This document shows positions 38,895-55,774 of a DNA stretch of 64,000 nt, in pieces. The translations under genes and the position numbers were made by a program. The DNA is taken from the NCBI RefSeq assembly GCF_009914755.1, contig NC_060931.1; one strand, 5' to 3'. The stretch is from the human T2T-CHM13v2.0 reference genome, Homo sapiens. Position 1 is the first letter of the stretch. Each line of letters opens with the position of its first letter. Under the pieces are notes generated by a model. That model did no database searches and was not told the origin of the DNA. It was given only the letters and a program-made list of their open reading frames with translations.

Positions 38895-39516
38895 CATGGC
38901 TACAGAGAGAGGCAGAGAAGGGGAGCCATTAAATGCCACAGAAAGGCATGGCCACGCGAGAGCTGCTGTGTAGCCCAGCAGAGCCCTTGCTGCTGTTTCT
39001 AGAATGGCTGTTTCACAGGCAGCTTTGTGAGTCCTGCTCAGGGCCAGTGTAGACCTCAGGGGTCTGCCCTGGGAGGCCCTGATCACCACCTTCTAGGACC
39101 CATGTCCTCGGGCTCCTGCCCAGGCCCACGCCTCCTGCGTCCCATGTGCGCACTGCTCTGTCCCCCTGGGAAGGTGGGAAACCCAACGTGGTGGTGCCTG
39201 CCTGCCCAGTCTGGCACAGAGATGGAGCGAGCTAGAGCCTGGCCTGAGCTGCGTGCTGTCTGCAGGGGCTCCCGGATGCTACTCTGTTAAAGCTGGAGTT
39301 GGCTGGTCAGAGGGGCAACCTCCTGACACTCCCTCCAAGGCACGGCCTGCCCACAGGCTGCAGCTTCGACCAGTAGAGTGCGGCAGGAGGGACATATTGA
39401 GACTTCCAAGCCCAGAGCTGAGGGCACTGGCAGCTTTGCTTCCTTCTGTTGGGAATGGTCATGGGTACAGCCAGGTGTACGGTGCAGAGGATGCAAGCTC
39501 AGGCTGGGGGACACAC

Positions 39517-40075
39517 AGGAGGAGGGAGAGAAAGAGAGAGAGGAGGAGGGAGAGAAAGAGAGAGAGGAGACAGGGAGAGCGAAGGGGAGAGGGAGAGAAG
39601 GGGAAAGGGAGAGAGGGGGAGAGAAGGAGAGAGAGGGGAAGAGGGAGAGAGGGGGAGAGAGGGAGAGAGACCGGGAGAAGGAGAGAGAGGGAGAGAGGGA
39701 GAGAGAGGGGAGAGGGAGAGAGAGGGGAGAGGGAGAGGGGGACAGGGAGAGAGGGGGGAGAGAAGGAGAGAGGAGGGAGAGGGAGAGAGGGGGGAGAGAA
39801 GGAGAAGGGGGGAGAGGGAGAGAGATGGGGAGAAGGAGAGAGGGGGGAGAGGGAGAGAGAGGGGAGAGGGAGAGAGAGGGGAGAGGGAGAGAGAGGGGAG
39901 AGGGAGAGAGAGGGGAGAGGGAGAGAGAGGGGAGAGGGAGAGAGAGGGGAGAGGGAGAGAGAGGGGACAGGGAGAGAGAGGGGACAGGGAGAGAGAGGGG
40001 AGAGGGAGAGAGAGGGGAGAGGGAGAGAGAGGGGAGAGGGAAACAGAGGGGAAGAGAGAGAGTTGGGGGGGGAGA
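39517..40075. repeat. ~560-bp homopurine (GA/GGA/GGGA) tract
   Basis: Near-pure purine. The distal half is built from a 17-bp unit GGGAGAGAGAGGGGAGA. Confidence 0.96.
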
Positions 40076-40510
40076 GTGATGGAGACGGAGAGTGGGGAGA
40101 GCAATGGAGATGGGGAGGGACTGCTCATGGTGATAGCATGATGTTTTCTTCCAGTCGAGGTTGGTGGAAAAGCAAGATAGTTTTGGGTTCCTCATGTTTC
40201 TTTTCACTATTTTTTACATTTGAATCAAAGATGTTTTCTTGGATATAAGTGGACGTTAAGCTGGTCTTTTTCCTATTTGTGAAACTGTGAAACAGCAAAG
40301 TTAGTATTCACCTTTTAACTTGCCCAGGTTGAAAAGTGCTCCCAAAACGGGACTGGGAAAGACAATGGTCTAAGTACAAGCAAACGATTTACAATTCTTA
40401 AAAGTTGTTTTGTTTGAATACACTTCACATCAGATGATTCTACAGAGATTGTAATTGTGATACGATCGAGTCTCTGTTTTTCTGCCTTTCAGTATTAAAT
40501 TCATATTTTT

Positions 40511-43663
<3,153 letters not shown>

Positions 43664-44002
43664 TAAATTCACATTTTTATAAATGTTGACTACAAAAGGA
43701 TTTGATATCGTCACATTCACCGCTGGAAAGTCAATGATTGGATGTCCGCAATGTCACAACAAAGGCCTGTCTCATCTGTGTCATCAGGCTGAGGAGGGGA
43801 TGTTGACCTGCAGATGACATCACGGCGGCCACACACGTGCCTGGGGCTGCTGGAGATGCTGGTTGGGGAGGAGTTTGGCCTTCTGAGGAGGAAGTCCCAG
43901 AGCAGACTTTGGCTCAACTCTAAGGTACATTTGAGCTTGTAGAGGGATCCCCGCCGCTCTCCTGCCTGTGAGCTCGCCCTTGGGCTTGGCAGCCGTGGTG
44001 CC

Positions 44003-44137
44003 TCCTGCCTGTGAACGCCCCTCTCCTCCTTTCTGTGAACGTCCCTCTCCTTCCTGTGAACGTCCCAGACTCTCCTCCTGCCTGTGAACGTCCCTCTCCT
44101 GCCCGTGAACGTCCCTCTCCTGCCCGTGAACGCCCCT
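44003..44137. repeat. ~21-27-bp tandem repeat, ~6 copies
   Basis: Core CCTG(C)CTGTGAACGTCCCTCT repeated. Confidence 0.88.
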
Positions 44138-44632
44138 GTCCTCCTGCTCCGCTCTCTCGACCTTTCCTTCCTTTTGTTGGAGAATAAAGACCTGCGTCTC
44201 ATGGAGGTGGGGCCCAATACCTGTTGGGAGGCCGGGGCTGGCAAACAATGAAAAGATCGCTGTTTTCCAAACTCACTCAAAGGCTTGTCGATTCGACCTT
44301 TACTTCCAGATCAGAGAAAATGATTTTGATTTCATGTTTTTGTTACCACGACGTTTGAAGGTGTGACCTTTAAAGCGACTTTTGTCTCCCGCTCAAACGC
44401 TTCTTGCCCCTTTCGGTTTTGTGCTGAAATCAAAGTTGATTCGGTTGCACCAAAGGCCTCCGTCATTTTGGCTTCTGCCTGACGCGCACTGTGGGAAGAA
44501 CGGTTTCATTATTGTGGGTCGCACCTCACCTCCCTTCGTGCTGTTTCTGAGGGATTCGGATGTCCTGAGGACCCCTTTCCAACTTCCATGGGAGCTGGGA
44601 GCCTGGAAAACAACAGCACAAGAGGCAATTTT

Positions 44633-44916
<284 letters not shown>

Positions 44917-45267
44917 AGAGGCAATTTTTGATTTTCAGCTCCCGGCTGGGCCAGCTTCCAGGCCAGTGGGCTCGGCCAGGCGGGGTCTCCTCCTACAGCC
45001 GCCCTGTGCTTTGGGGCTCTGCCTTCCTGACCTTCTGTTTCAGATGATTTTGATCTGTAACAATCTGAGTCCTGCAGCCCCTGGGCTCTGTGGCAGCCTC
45101 GAAGGGGGTGGCTTCCACGATGAATGCCACAGATAGGAGCACTGCGGCCTCCCTGGGGTAGCCCAGCAGGCAGTCCGTCCAGTGAGGGAAAAGGGGCAGG
45201 TGCGTGGGCAGGCTTGTAACATCCTAATCCCGAGATGGAACTGACCAAGCTGCCCCAAAGCAGACAC

Positions 45268-45590
45268 TGTCTTAGTCTGCTCGGGCAGCCACCACAGCAG
45301 ACTTTTATCTTCCAGCTGTGGGGGTGGGAGGCCCAAAGTTATGGTGTGGCTGATTCAGTTTCTGGTGGGGGCCCTTCTGCACAGCCATCTTCTTGCTGTG
45401 CCCTCACGTGCGGGAGAGAGTTCTGGTGTCTCCTCTGATAAGGGCACTGATCCCACCATGGGTCTCACCCTCGCGACCTCATCTAACCTTAGTGAGTCCC
45501 TTAGAGGCCACATCTGTGACCTTGGGGTCTGCCCTGGGGGTCAGGGCTGCCGCAGATGGACTCAGGGGAACACAAACATTCGGTCCTTGA
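45268..45590 (-). mobile_element. MLT1A-type MaLR LTR
   Basis: TGTCTTAGTCTGCTCGGGC..CTTCTTGCTGTGCCCTCAC..ATAAGGGCACTGATCCCA..GACCTCATCTAACC..GGGGAACACAAACATTCGGTCC. Confidence 0.8.
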
Positions 45591-46675
45591 GACATGCAGA
45601 CAAGCAGGAGAAAACATTATTCCCACAGAAATCAGGGAATGGAGCCAGGCAGAGGACCCTCAGGTTAAAGGAGGGTGGAGGCTGTGGCCTCTCCCTGCCC
45701 AGACAGCAGGGCAGGGGATGGAGGCAGGGTAGGTCCCAGCATACGCTGTCGTTCACCACTTTGGAAGGACGGGAGCCTGCTGAGGGGTAACAGGGCGTTT
45801 ATTACCACAGCATGTCTTAGGCAAGCACCTAAAATGATCACAAGCTTCAGTATGTTTAATAAGCTTTTATTTCAATACAAGGCAAACAAATCAAGGAATT
45901 TTTATGCAGTTTAGTAAGAACAGAAGTAGAAATTGGAAATTTAGACAGTTGGATTAGTTTTATTTACAGAGTGAGATCTGTCTGTTTCCCTCTGGTGGTG
46001 ACTGGCACCGTTTAAAAGAATCTGCGGAATTCCTAACCGTGACAGACGCTGATACTGCTGGGGACACAAGACCCTCTTGGCCAGCGTCAGCTCAAGGCAC
46101 CTCCTCGCCTGCCGACAGTGGCATGGAGACTGGGGGCTGTGGCATTGGGGGTGGCTCCAGGGCCTGGGACCCTGGCTCCTGAGCGGGTGCGCCACCCTCA
46201 GTGTGGGGGAGGACGAGGGAGTGGACATCCACCCAAGGGGGTGACGGGACAGGCTTCCTAAACCACTGGAGCTCTGAGGCTCCTGGCATATCCCTCCCAC
46301 GGGGCTGCATCTCCGGTGCCTCCCCTCCCCTCCTGTGTTCCACCCACCCTGCCCTGTTCTGGGTGTCTGCAGCTCCGCCACACCTGGTACAAATATCTGC
46401 CTTGCTCTGCTGTACCCAACAGCTCTGAGATTTTTAGGAAGCGAAGGGGCAGAAGAAGCGACTCACAAGCTCCTGGAGCCGTGTTGGGAGGGGCCCTCGG
46501 GGCCCCTGGAGTGGAGAGACACACCCAGAGGCTTTCCAGCCACCCAGGGAGGAGGCGCGGTGGCTGGGATTTGGAGACAGCTGTGGAGGTGGGTGCAGGA
46601 GGCCGGGTTCTCTGTATTTCCAGACTAGAGGCAGCGGCAGCTATTGGTGTGGGGTGGGAGGGGAGAGCAGCTGGG

Positions 46676-46863
46676 ACATAGAAACATTCCGAACCTATGA
46701 TAAGCTCCCTGCTTCCAAACCCTTAAATGTCCTTAATCTGTAAGAAAGAACACTCCTGACCAAAATTGGCCAGGAGGCCCTCTCAGGTTTATTCTCTGAA
46801 ATAAACCTGTCCTTGACTGTGGAGCTGCTTTCCCGTTTCTTTCCTCTTTCTTTAACTCTTACA
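46676..46863 (+). mobile_element. ERV1-class LTR 3' fragment (MER66/MER4-group-like)
   Basis: CTCTCAGGTTTATTCTCTGAAATAAACCTGTCC..TTTCTTTCCTCTTTCTTTAACTCTTACA: AATAAA and a terminal CA. Subfamily uncertain. Confidence 0.6.
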
Positions 46864-47559
46864 GAGAGCAGCTGGAATGGCCCCACAGGCTACAGCCCGT
46901 GTCGGTGTGGGATGCGAGGGAGAGGAGCCAGGATGGCCCCACATGCTTTCCTTGGCTGCCTGGGCGGGTGCAGCAGCCACCTGAGAGGGCCGTCTGAGGA
47001 CACGAGGCGGCATCAGCCTCATGAGATCTGGGATGTGCACGGGACGTCCATGAAGCCGTCGGAGATGTGTGTCTGGGCAGGGTGCTGACAGGGAGGGTGG
47101 GTTTCTGTGGCATTTGGGTTTGGGGGATGAAGCCGTGCAGGGGTGTGAGGCCTGAGGGTTGCAGCAGATGCCTGTGTCCACATCTGGACAGCATTGCTGG
47201 CTAACGCCAACCCCACCTGGCTTGGGAACAGGCTTGAATGTGTGGTCTGTCCTGGGCAAAGAGTAAGTTCCTAGAAAATCCCAGCAGTCACTGGGAAGTC
47301 TGATGACTTCCTGAGCCGAGCTCTTGGTGTGATGTGATCCCATCGGTGGTGTTACTTCTGGTTTTTGTCTTGTTCACAATAGGATTTGGAGTAGTTTACA
47401 AAGGTTAACAAAGTTCAGGGAGTCAGGGAAGGGAAAATTAAGAAAAAGCCCACAGGACAGAGTGGAGCATGTGGCAAGGTCAGCGGCCGCGTGGACGTCT
47501 CCGATTGTGCTGGCTGTGCTGCTGTGGCCGCGGTGGGGCAGAAGGTGAGTCCGTCTCCC

Positions 47560-47702
47560 GAAACTGCTGGCCCCGAGCCTCACAACACCCATTAAAAACC
47601 CTGATTTCCAGCTCTGCTCGCAGAGACCTGGATGCAGTGGGCTTGGGCTGGGCCCCGGAACTTGGGTTTCCAGCAAGTGCCCCAGGCGAGTCCTGTGATG
47701 GG
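47560..47702. mobile_element. MER5A-like hAT DNA-transposon relic
   Basis: TTAAAAACCCTGATTTCCAG..CAGAGAC..CAGTGGGCTTGGGCTGGGCCCCGGAACTTGGGTTT..CAAGTGCCCCAGGCGAGTC. Confidence 0.5.
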
Positions 47703-49124
47703 AGTTGCAGGAACGATGCCAGCCACGTGTCCTGAGGCTGCAGGCAGGGCGGGTGTCTCTGACACCCAGGGTGCTGCCAGTCTGGGAAGCCTGGGCTCCT
47801 GCTGTGGGCCTGGGTATTGGAGAGCTGGCAGGCAGAGGTGAGGGCCTCCAAGCTGGGGAGGGTGGGGGCTCTTTACAAGGACCCGGGTCTCCCACGATAG
47901 CCTCAGGTGTCTGAACTTCCTCACCTGCTCAGGGGCTTCACCTGCATCCTGGGGGTTTCCTGGAAGGTGAGTGGGTCGGGGGAGCTGCCGACAGGGAGAA
48001 GGCGGGCCCAGGAGACTGGGTGGTCCAGGCTCTTTGGGTCGTGCCCTCTGCGGGGCCCGGCTGGTGTTTTGCCCCAGGCAGGTGGTGCAGAGGCAGGGTG
48101 GCTGCTAGGGGCCTCCCTGGGAAAAGGTGATGGTCAGCCAGTGCCTGGGGCAGGGCTTGTGGTCGGCCCCAGCCGCTCTCTCACTCCTCCAGCATCTCTG
48201 AGCCCAGCCCTGTTGGGTGCCAGCACCTGACGTCCCAGAGGACCCAGGCTTCCTCCCTGGGGTGTGGTCCTGCTTACCATACCCACCCTAACAAGGAACC
48301 CAGTGCCAGCCCCCTGAGCCCTGGCACTGCCTCTGGTACCGCCTCGGGGTCTGGGCAGGGGTTGCCCAGAAGCTTTGGGGCAGGAAGAGAGTAGGATGAG
48401 ACCTCTCGGACGATCAGGACAGGGCTGGCTCCAGGGAACAGGATCTGAGGCGTGGAGTTGGGGAGTGTGTTCCTTCCACATCCCCTGGAAAGGGTGGAGG
48501 CCTCCCCATCCCCTTACAGCTAGCAGGGCTTCAGCATCCCCAAGCCAGGGGGAACCAGGAGTCTACACTGATGTTTCTCTGTGCTTCTTCATGCAGGCCA
48601 GACGTCCTCACTTCCCCCAACCCCAGTCCAGTTGTACATGTTGTGCACTGCACAAGGGCCCTGGCAGAGGACCAAGTTGGAGTTGAAATCCAGCCATGGC
48701 ATGGCCCTGTGGGCTGCACACAGCATATGGAGGCTGCACTGGTCAGCAGCTGCTCAGCCTGAGAGAGATCCTGGAGCCCCATGTGGCATCTCTGGGTCTG
48801 AATTCTCTCTTGACACAAAGAGGACACCTCCTTGGTCGTTGCTAAGGAATTTGAACAGAGGAGGGCCCTGCAAGTTCCCAGCGCCATGCACTGTGCAGCC
48901 GAGCCCAACACCCGGAAGCTGCTGTCAGCTGGTCCCTCGGACACTACTGTGGGCTGGTTTGACCTCTTGGGCCCTCACTGCTCAGAGCTGCAAGGTGGCT
49001 TCATCACTTTCTTCTGTGCAGTCCCAGCCTTCCAGATGGTCAGAGACTGCTGGTGCCTCCCTCCACCATCCCGTTGCTGTCCCCCAGGGCCTCATCTCTG
49101 GGACTTCTCTACCCTACCATCCCT

Positions 49125-49417
49125 CACATTGACACAAATGTGTACACAGAAGCACACATGCACACACACATACATGCATGTGCACAGATGAACACACAGA
49201 CACACACGCACACACATGCACATGCATGCAAAGACATGCACACATGCATGCACACACACACATGCACATGCACAGATGAACACACAGACACACACACGCA
49301 CATGCATGCACACAGACACACATGCATATACATGCACAGAGATGCACACATATACACACAGACATGCACACACACATGCTACAGCATGTGCACACAGACA
49401 CACACACCCTGCACACC
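49125..49417. repeat. (CA)/(CATG)-rich low-complexity tract
   Basis: About 290 bp of degenerate CACACATGCA repeats. Confidence 0.93.
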
Positions 49418-50391
49418 CCAAGCCTCGTCTGCTGTCTCTGCTGTGCCTGCTTCCCTTAGCCCCTGATACCACCTTCCCCAGGTCTCCCAACTGCCCTGCC
49501 TGGACACAGAGAGGGGTCCTGTGAAGTCAGGCCTTGAAGGAGTGGGCGTCTCTCAGCCCCTCTGGAAGCCTCGCACCAGGACTGTCCCCTCTCCCGCAGA
49601 GCATTCAGGACCAGCAGCCCTCAGCCCTGCAGTCTCCAGACCTGGTTCTGGGGAGCTTGGGGAGCTGGGGAGGTGGGTCAGGACCCAGACACCTTTGATT
49701 GGGACCCATTTGACATGAGACAGTGAGTGTCATCCCTAAATTAAATCTTGATTTCAGAATTTTGGAGTTTACCAAAATGGACTTATTTCTCAGTATTTCC
49801 AAAGTTTCTATTTTGTTTTAAAACAATAAACAATATACACCTGAACTTGTAAAAATAAGTTTACATGAATACTATTCCACAACCTCCCACCCCAGCCGTC
49901 TTTCCCAAGGTGTGAGGGTCGGGATGTAACTGGCTGGGACCCCATAGCTCCCGGGCCTCCCTGACGTCCAGGCTCCTCTGCGGGAACACTGGGATGACGT
50001 GATGCTCTGCAGTGAGGGACACCAGGGGTGGCTGGACGAGCCCAGTGCATGCCTGGGCCCTCCCCTGGGTGGGGTGTGGCATGAGGGCACTCTGAGTGCT
50101 GGGACCTGGGTCTTGCTGGCCTTGGCCCGTTCAAATGGCTGTGGCCACCACCGTCTTCAAACCCAACATGATCTCTGGCCGACTGCTCTGTTGCTTTCTG
50201 TATTCTGTTTATTTTCTGAGAATTAGAAGAAGATAATAATTATCTGCTCCAGCCTCACCCTCCATGAAGCCTGAATTCCCACTGTCAGCACGCCCTTCCT
50301 TTGGACTAAAGACAGCTCTGTTTAGCTTCCTCCTGAAAATGATCACCGGCCCTGGGAGGGCTCCAGGGCTCCTGCTTCAGGATCCTGAGGT

Positions 50392-50492
50392 GGGGGACGG
50401 TGAGAGATCTCTGCCTCCTGTTTGGGGTAGGTGGCCGGGGGACGGTGAGAGATCTCTGCCTCCTGTTTGGGGTAGGTGGCCGGGGGACGGTG
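50392..50492. repeat. Perfect 45-bp tandem duplication (2.2 copies)
   Basis: GGGGGACGGTGAGAGATCTCTGCCTCCTGTTTGGGGTAGGTGGCC at 50392 and 50437, with a partial third copy at 50482. Confidence 0.96.
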
Positions 50493-51139
50493 GTGACTGC
50501 TGCAGAGGCCGCAGGCTGAGCTCACGGTTCACAGTTCTGCCCCCCTTCCCCTGTCACCTAAGGCAGCGAACTGCTTTCCAGCCATCTTGTTTTGTAGGCC
50601 ATATCAGGAGCCCGACCCCAGCTCTTGTATCAGATCCCGTTACCCTGGGGCCTTCTGCCTCCAGAGCTAGGTGTTGGCGCCTGGTCCCCAGGGAGATGAC
50701 GGGCTGGACTGCGGGCTGGGCCTCGAATCTGCAGGAACTGGCTGGTCTTGTTGCTCCCAGATAAATTTTTTGGATTTCCATGAAAAGGAAAAGAAAATGA
50801 GTGCACGTGAGGCAGGTCGGTGGTGGGCGGGGAGGTGGGGGTGGGGAAGAACTCGCCTGTGCTGTCAGTGAGGAAACGGGAGTTTTCTCCTGGGGGAGAG
50901 GGCCCCAGGCGCCTCCAGGAGGAAGCAGCTCAAGGGCTGACTCCAAGTCACCCCTGGGGCAACAAAGTTCAAAAGGTGGGTGCACCTGCTCCAGGCTGGT
51001 GGCTGCCGCAGGGCAGACAGCTCCCACCGCCTGCAGCTCGCTGTCCCCTCCCTATGCTGGGGCTGCACTGAGGCCCCGAGTCCCCTGAGCTGAATCAGCA
51101 CCTGGGGAGATATCCTGGCTGCAGTCTTTGCTCTCGGTT

Positions 51140-51450
51140 TCTTTTTTCTATTCCTTTTTGTTTTGAGACAAGGTCTCGCTCTGTTGCTCAGGCTGGAGTG
51201 CAGTGGTGAGATCCTGGCTCACTGCAGCCTCAACCGCTGGGCTAGGGTGATCCTCCCACCTCAGCCTCCTGAGTAGCTGGGACCACAGGCACATGCTTCC
51301 ATGCCTGGCTAATTTTTAATTTTTTTTTTTGTAGAGAAGGGGTCTCCCTATATTGTTCAGGCTGTTCTTGAACTCCTGGGCTGAAGCAGTCTTCCCACCT
51401 GTACCTCCCAAAGTGCTGGGGCTACAGGTGTGAGCCACCACAAACTGGCC
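51140..51450 (-). mobile_element. Alu (AluJo-like)
   Basis: Diverged antisense Alu (CACTGCAGCCTC, GATCCTCCCACCTCAGCC, CTCCTGGGCT). Confidence 0.92.
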
Positions 51451-54288
51451 TTGATTTGTCTTAACTTGGTCAACCTGGGTGGACAAAAGGAGTGTTATCT
51501 ACTGGGGGCTTCCTCAGATACCCCAACAGCCATGAGGGGAGGAAGAGAAGGAGAGGGAAGGAGACTGGGGAGGAGGAGGGTGGAAAGAAGGAGGGGCTGA
51601 AGAGGGGAAGAGGGAGGGGCGAGGAGGGAGAGTGGGTGGAATTCCTGAAGGGTCTGCACTGCTAAGACAACCATGAGTTGCAGTTTCTCCCACATGCATG
51701 TGGCTGGACCTGCTGCCCCTTCCTTCTTGGGATGGAGGTGGGCCTGGCCGTGCAGATGTGAGAGGTACAGGCGAGTGGGCGCCTGGCGAGGGTTCGGTGG
51801 AGCCAGCGTTGGGTCCTCCTGCTGGGTCAGCCCCTGTGTCTGTGACGTTGTGCGGCAGCCTTGGACCCAGGAGGTGCAACACAGTGACCCCATCTCTGTG
51901 GAGCTGGAGGGCTCAGCGTTGTCAGCCAAGAGACGCTCGGGCAGACATGGCTTGATGGCGGGGGGACGTCACTAGTGCGTCAACACCATACCAAGGCCAG
52001 GCCTGGTTCTCGCCCCAAACAGAACAGCTTGCTCCGACCTTCCCAGCGACCCTGAGCACCTGGTCCCATACTGCCCCCACTCCACAGGGCAGAAGGATGA
52101 TGTGGAGTGGCGCGCGAGAGTCGCAGGGCAGTGAGTGGGAGGAGGGCCCTGAGGTGTGGGCCAGGCCACAGGCCACAGTCAGGGTCTGCATGGTGGCGCT
52201 CCTCTCCCGGCTGAGTGTGGCGAGGGCTGGTGGGAGCCGCGGGCCAGAGGGTGGTGCCTGCCTCCCCAAGAGCCATTCCCACGCCTTCAGAGACGGTGAT
52301 TCATCTCCAAGGGTAATACAGCAGGAGTGGAAAGGAAAAGAGCTCCAATGATCATGCAGCTGGATTTATTAAAATGGAAGCAGGGGGTTGGGGGCAAAGG
52401 CAGCGCCTGTATCCGGAAGAAGCTGTTTCCAGCGGCTTGATGAATTAAACAAGTTATTCCTATATCGCAATTGTAATTATGTCGGGAAATAAAATAGAGA
52501 TGAGTGTGCATGTACAAAAAAGATGGTTTTGAATGAGGAGCTGGGCGTTTCGAACGCTGCAGTTGGCAGCGAATGGAGCCACAGCGCCGACCTCTTCAGC
52601 CGCGATTCCTGCTCAGGAGTGACAGGAGGCCCCAGGCGGCTGCAGAACCTTCCTGAGACAGGAGGGACTTGGCGTGACGGGCCGAGTGGTCCCTGGGCAT
52701 CTGAATGTCCTCACCCCCTATTTTCTTCTTTATTCCCTGGCCTATTGTAAATAAAAACGAACATCAAATCCTTCACCTCATTTACGTCTCATAACCCATG
52801 AGAGAGAAGTTAGCAGAACTCTCCACCAGCGACTCAGCTCTTCACAGGGTCTCAGACGCGAGGGCCAGCTTGGTGCCCCTTAGCACCTAGGGGGTGGGGC
52901 TGGCGCTCAGAAAGACGCCCTCAGGCCCAGCCCAGAGAAGGCCCTGCACCCGCCCATGGGGCTTTTGGAACTGGGTCCCAGGGAGCAGCCATGGAGGGGG
53001 CTGAGCGTGGCCTCACTGGTGCGGCCGACCTTGGATGTGGTTGGGAACCCGGAGTTTGATCTGGCTTTAGGCTGAGGATGTTGAAAATCACGTGACCACT
53101 AGATCCAGACACGTGGAATTAGGAACCGTGCACAGTGGCGTGCAAGAGACTGGTCATTTCTGCAGGTGCATGTGTGTGCATGCTTCGTGTGTCTACACAG
53201 ACGTAAGACTTCGTGAACGGAGATGCGCGTGTGGGCGTGTGCACTGTGTGGGCATACATGTACCACCACGTCTACAGACGCATGCGTAGATCTATCCAGG
53301 ATTTGAAAGTGTCAATTAAATACAACCCCATATGGCCCCAGAAGAGTCTCAAAGAGACTCCCAAGGACTTAGGTTCTTCCAAGGAAAGAAATAGCTCAGC
53401 CCCATCAAGATCCGGCCAAGAGAGAATCTGTTGATTTCATCCTCCCTCCCTCTTGCCACTCCAAGGAGTTCAGATGTCTGCTGAACATCTCACTCTCTTC
53501 TTTCTCTTCTTTTGACAAAAACTTTGGAGACAAAGTTTGCAAAACAGGTAAAAGACCAGAGGTAAGAAAGATGTCAGCAGGTTGCTGAGAGCTGCATTGC
53601 TCCAGGAAACACTGCCCTGAGGCACACTCAGAAACCCGCAGCCTCCGGCAGCTCCTGCTCTGCTGGGAAAGTCCAGGTCAGGCCTGATGGACACACACGG
53701 GGAGGAGAGAGGCCTCGACGCTGCTGTCTGTCCACAGAAGCACAGGGCCTGGCCTCCTGTATGAGGATGAGGGCTTAAGGCTGCAGGTGTGGGAGGCTGT
53801 GAGGTGGGCAGCAGGGATGGTGGGGGGCTGGGGAGGGGAAGGACGTGGGGTCCCAGAGCTGGAAGCTGTGCCGCAGCAGGAGGCTTGGCATCCCCTTACC
53901 AGCCCCCTGCCCGGCACCAGCATTCTGCAAACACTGGCTGCTTAAAACGAATGGAGACAACAGTGCACTTCCTGGTGGAGCCTCACTGCTGCCTTGAGAA
54001 TTCCAGCTGCCTCTCAAGCTGCACAAGAGTGAAGGTGAGGGCGTGGAGCGGTTCCAGCCCCAGTGCTCTGCGAGGTGCTGCTCCTCATGGCTGCGATCAC
54101 TGCGGCCACCGTCCCACTTTCCAGCAGAGGAAACTCGGGCTCCAAGAGGGGAAGGAAGGTCCCTGTGGCCACATGGCTGGATGGACCATTTGAACCGACT
54201 TCGGCCCGCCCCAGCCCGTGCTGGGATGTGCAGGTGCTGGGGGCTACACAGAGCTGAGGAGGCTGTCGGGGCTCCCAGACAGATGCCT

Positions 54289-54355
54289 GGGCTGGGTTTG
54301 CACCCCAAATCTGTGCCTAGACCGGGCTGGGTTTGCACCCCAAGTCTGTGCCTAG
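54289..54355. repeat. 35-bp tandem duplication (2 copies)
   Basis: GGGCTGGGTTTGCACCCCAA(A/G)TCTGTGCCTAGA twice. Confidence 0.92.
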
Positions 54356-55401
54356 AGACTGAAGGGCATGCATCAGGCCAGGGTCTGGTCAGGACCCTGC
54401 AAGGGAGTGAGGGGCCCTGGGGACTTGTGTGGGTGCCGAGCCTGGGCCTGGGGACAGCAGCTTTGCCTGGACTTTGCCCGTCTCTGGCTTCTGTTCTGGA
54501 TAATGGGCCAGCGCCTGGCTGCAGGGGTCAGAGAGTGAGCCTGGAGTGTGCAGAGCCGCCTCCTGGAGTGCTCAGGAGCTCAGGGTGAGAAGGCCGGACG
54601 CCACCTTGGTGCGGAGAGACTGGGAAGGGCCCCCTTGCAGTCCCTCTGGGCTCTGCCCTGGCCTCCACCCTGGCATCTCCAGGAATGGCCGCGGGGCGCT
54701 CCTCTCTCTTCACTCTTCAGTGTGTACAGCTACTCCTTCCTCTGCTCTGCCCCATGGGAGCAGCTCTGGCTCAGGGGCCCTCTTCTGAGGGTGAGTGGGA
54801 GGGTCCCCAGGCCTGGCCTGAGGAGCCCCGACTCCTGCCATCTGGCTGTGACAATCGTGGGGGTTCGGGGCAGGGGGTGAGTGAGGGAGCACGATGCCGG
54901 GGTGGCGAAGTCCAGATGTTGTGTGTCCAGATGCCACACAGTTGCAAGCAAGGCCTCCGTGGAACCCCGAGGCAGCTCTGGGACTGGAGGGCCCCACCGG
55001 GTGGTCCCAAAAGGGGCCAGTGGGAGGGCCTCGTGGCCCTCTTAGACCAGTCATGGGGTGGGCCATGTCCCTGGGAAGGGCATTGGCATGGGGCAGGGGG
55101 CATGTGGCTGAGGGCAGTTCATGGAGAGGGGCCTGGCTGTGAGCCCTCAGCAGCCCAGCTGCCAGCCACTGGGAGCCCCAATGTCCCTGTGGGGCTCCTG
55201 GCCTCTGATGCGTGGCCCAAGGCTGCAGAGTCTATGATTTCCTCTGACTTCCCTTCGTTCACAGCCACCTTTTCACAGGGAACGTCTAATCCTAAAAAAC
55301 AGAAGGATGACTGCAAAGCAGTGGGATTACTTTTTTTTTTAAATAGAAAATCGAGACCACAATAGTTATGTATCAATGGCTTCCTTCAAAGTAGATACCC
55401 C

Positions 55402-55743
55402 AGAGAAGAAAGAGAGAGGCTCAGGGCTGCTAGGAGAAGACAGAGACAGAGAAGGAGGCAGAGAGAGGCAGAGAGAGAAAAAAAGACAGAGACAGAGGGA
55501 GGCAGAGAGAGAGAGAGAAGAAAGAGAGGGAGGCAGAGAGAGAGAGAGAGAGATGATAGACGGAGACAGAGAAGGAGGCAGAGGGAGACAGAAGAGACAG
55601 AGACAGAGGGAGGCAGAGAGAGACAGAGAGAGAAGAGACAGACAGAGAGGGAGGCAGAGAGAGACAGAGAGAGAAGAAGAGACAGAGAGGAGGCAGAGAG
55701 AGACAGAGAGAAGAGACAGATGGACACAGAGAGGGAGGCAGAG
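55402..55743. repeat. (GA)/(GACA)-rich low-complexity tract
   Basis: Purine-rich AGAGACAGAG/GGAGGCAGAG iterations. Confidence 0.93.
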
Positions 55744-55774
55744 ACTGTGTGTGTAACACACTCTCCCTTGAAAG

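Noticed and set aside
39253-40248. Arg/Glu/Gly-rich and Ser/Pro/Leu-rich ORFs
   Set aside because: Translation of the GA purine tract.
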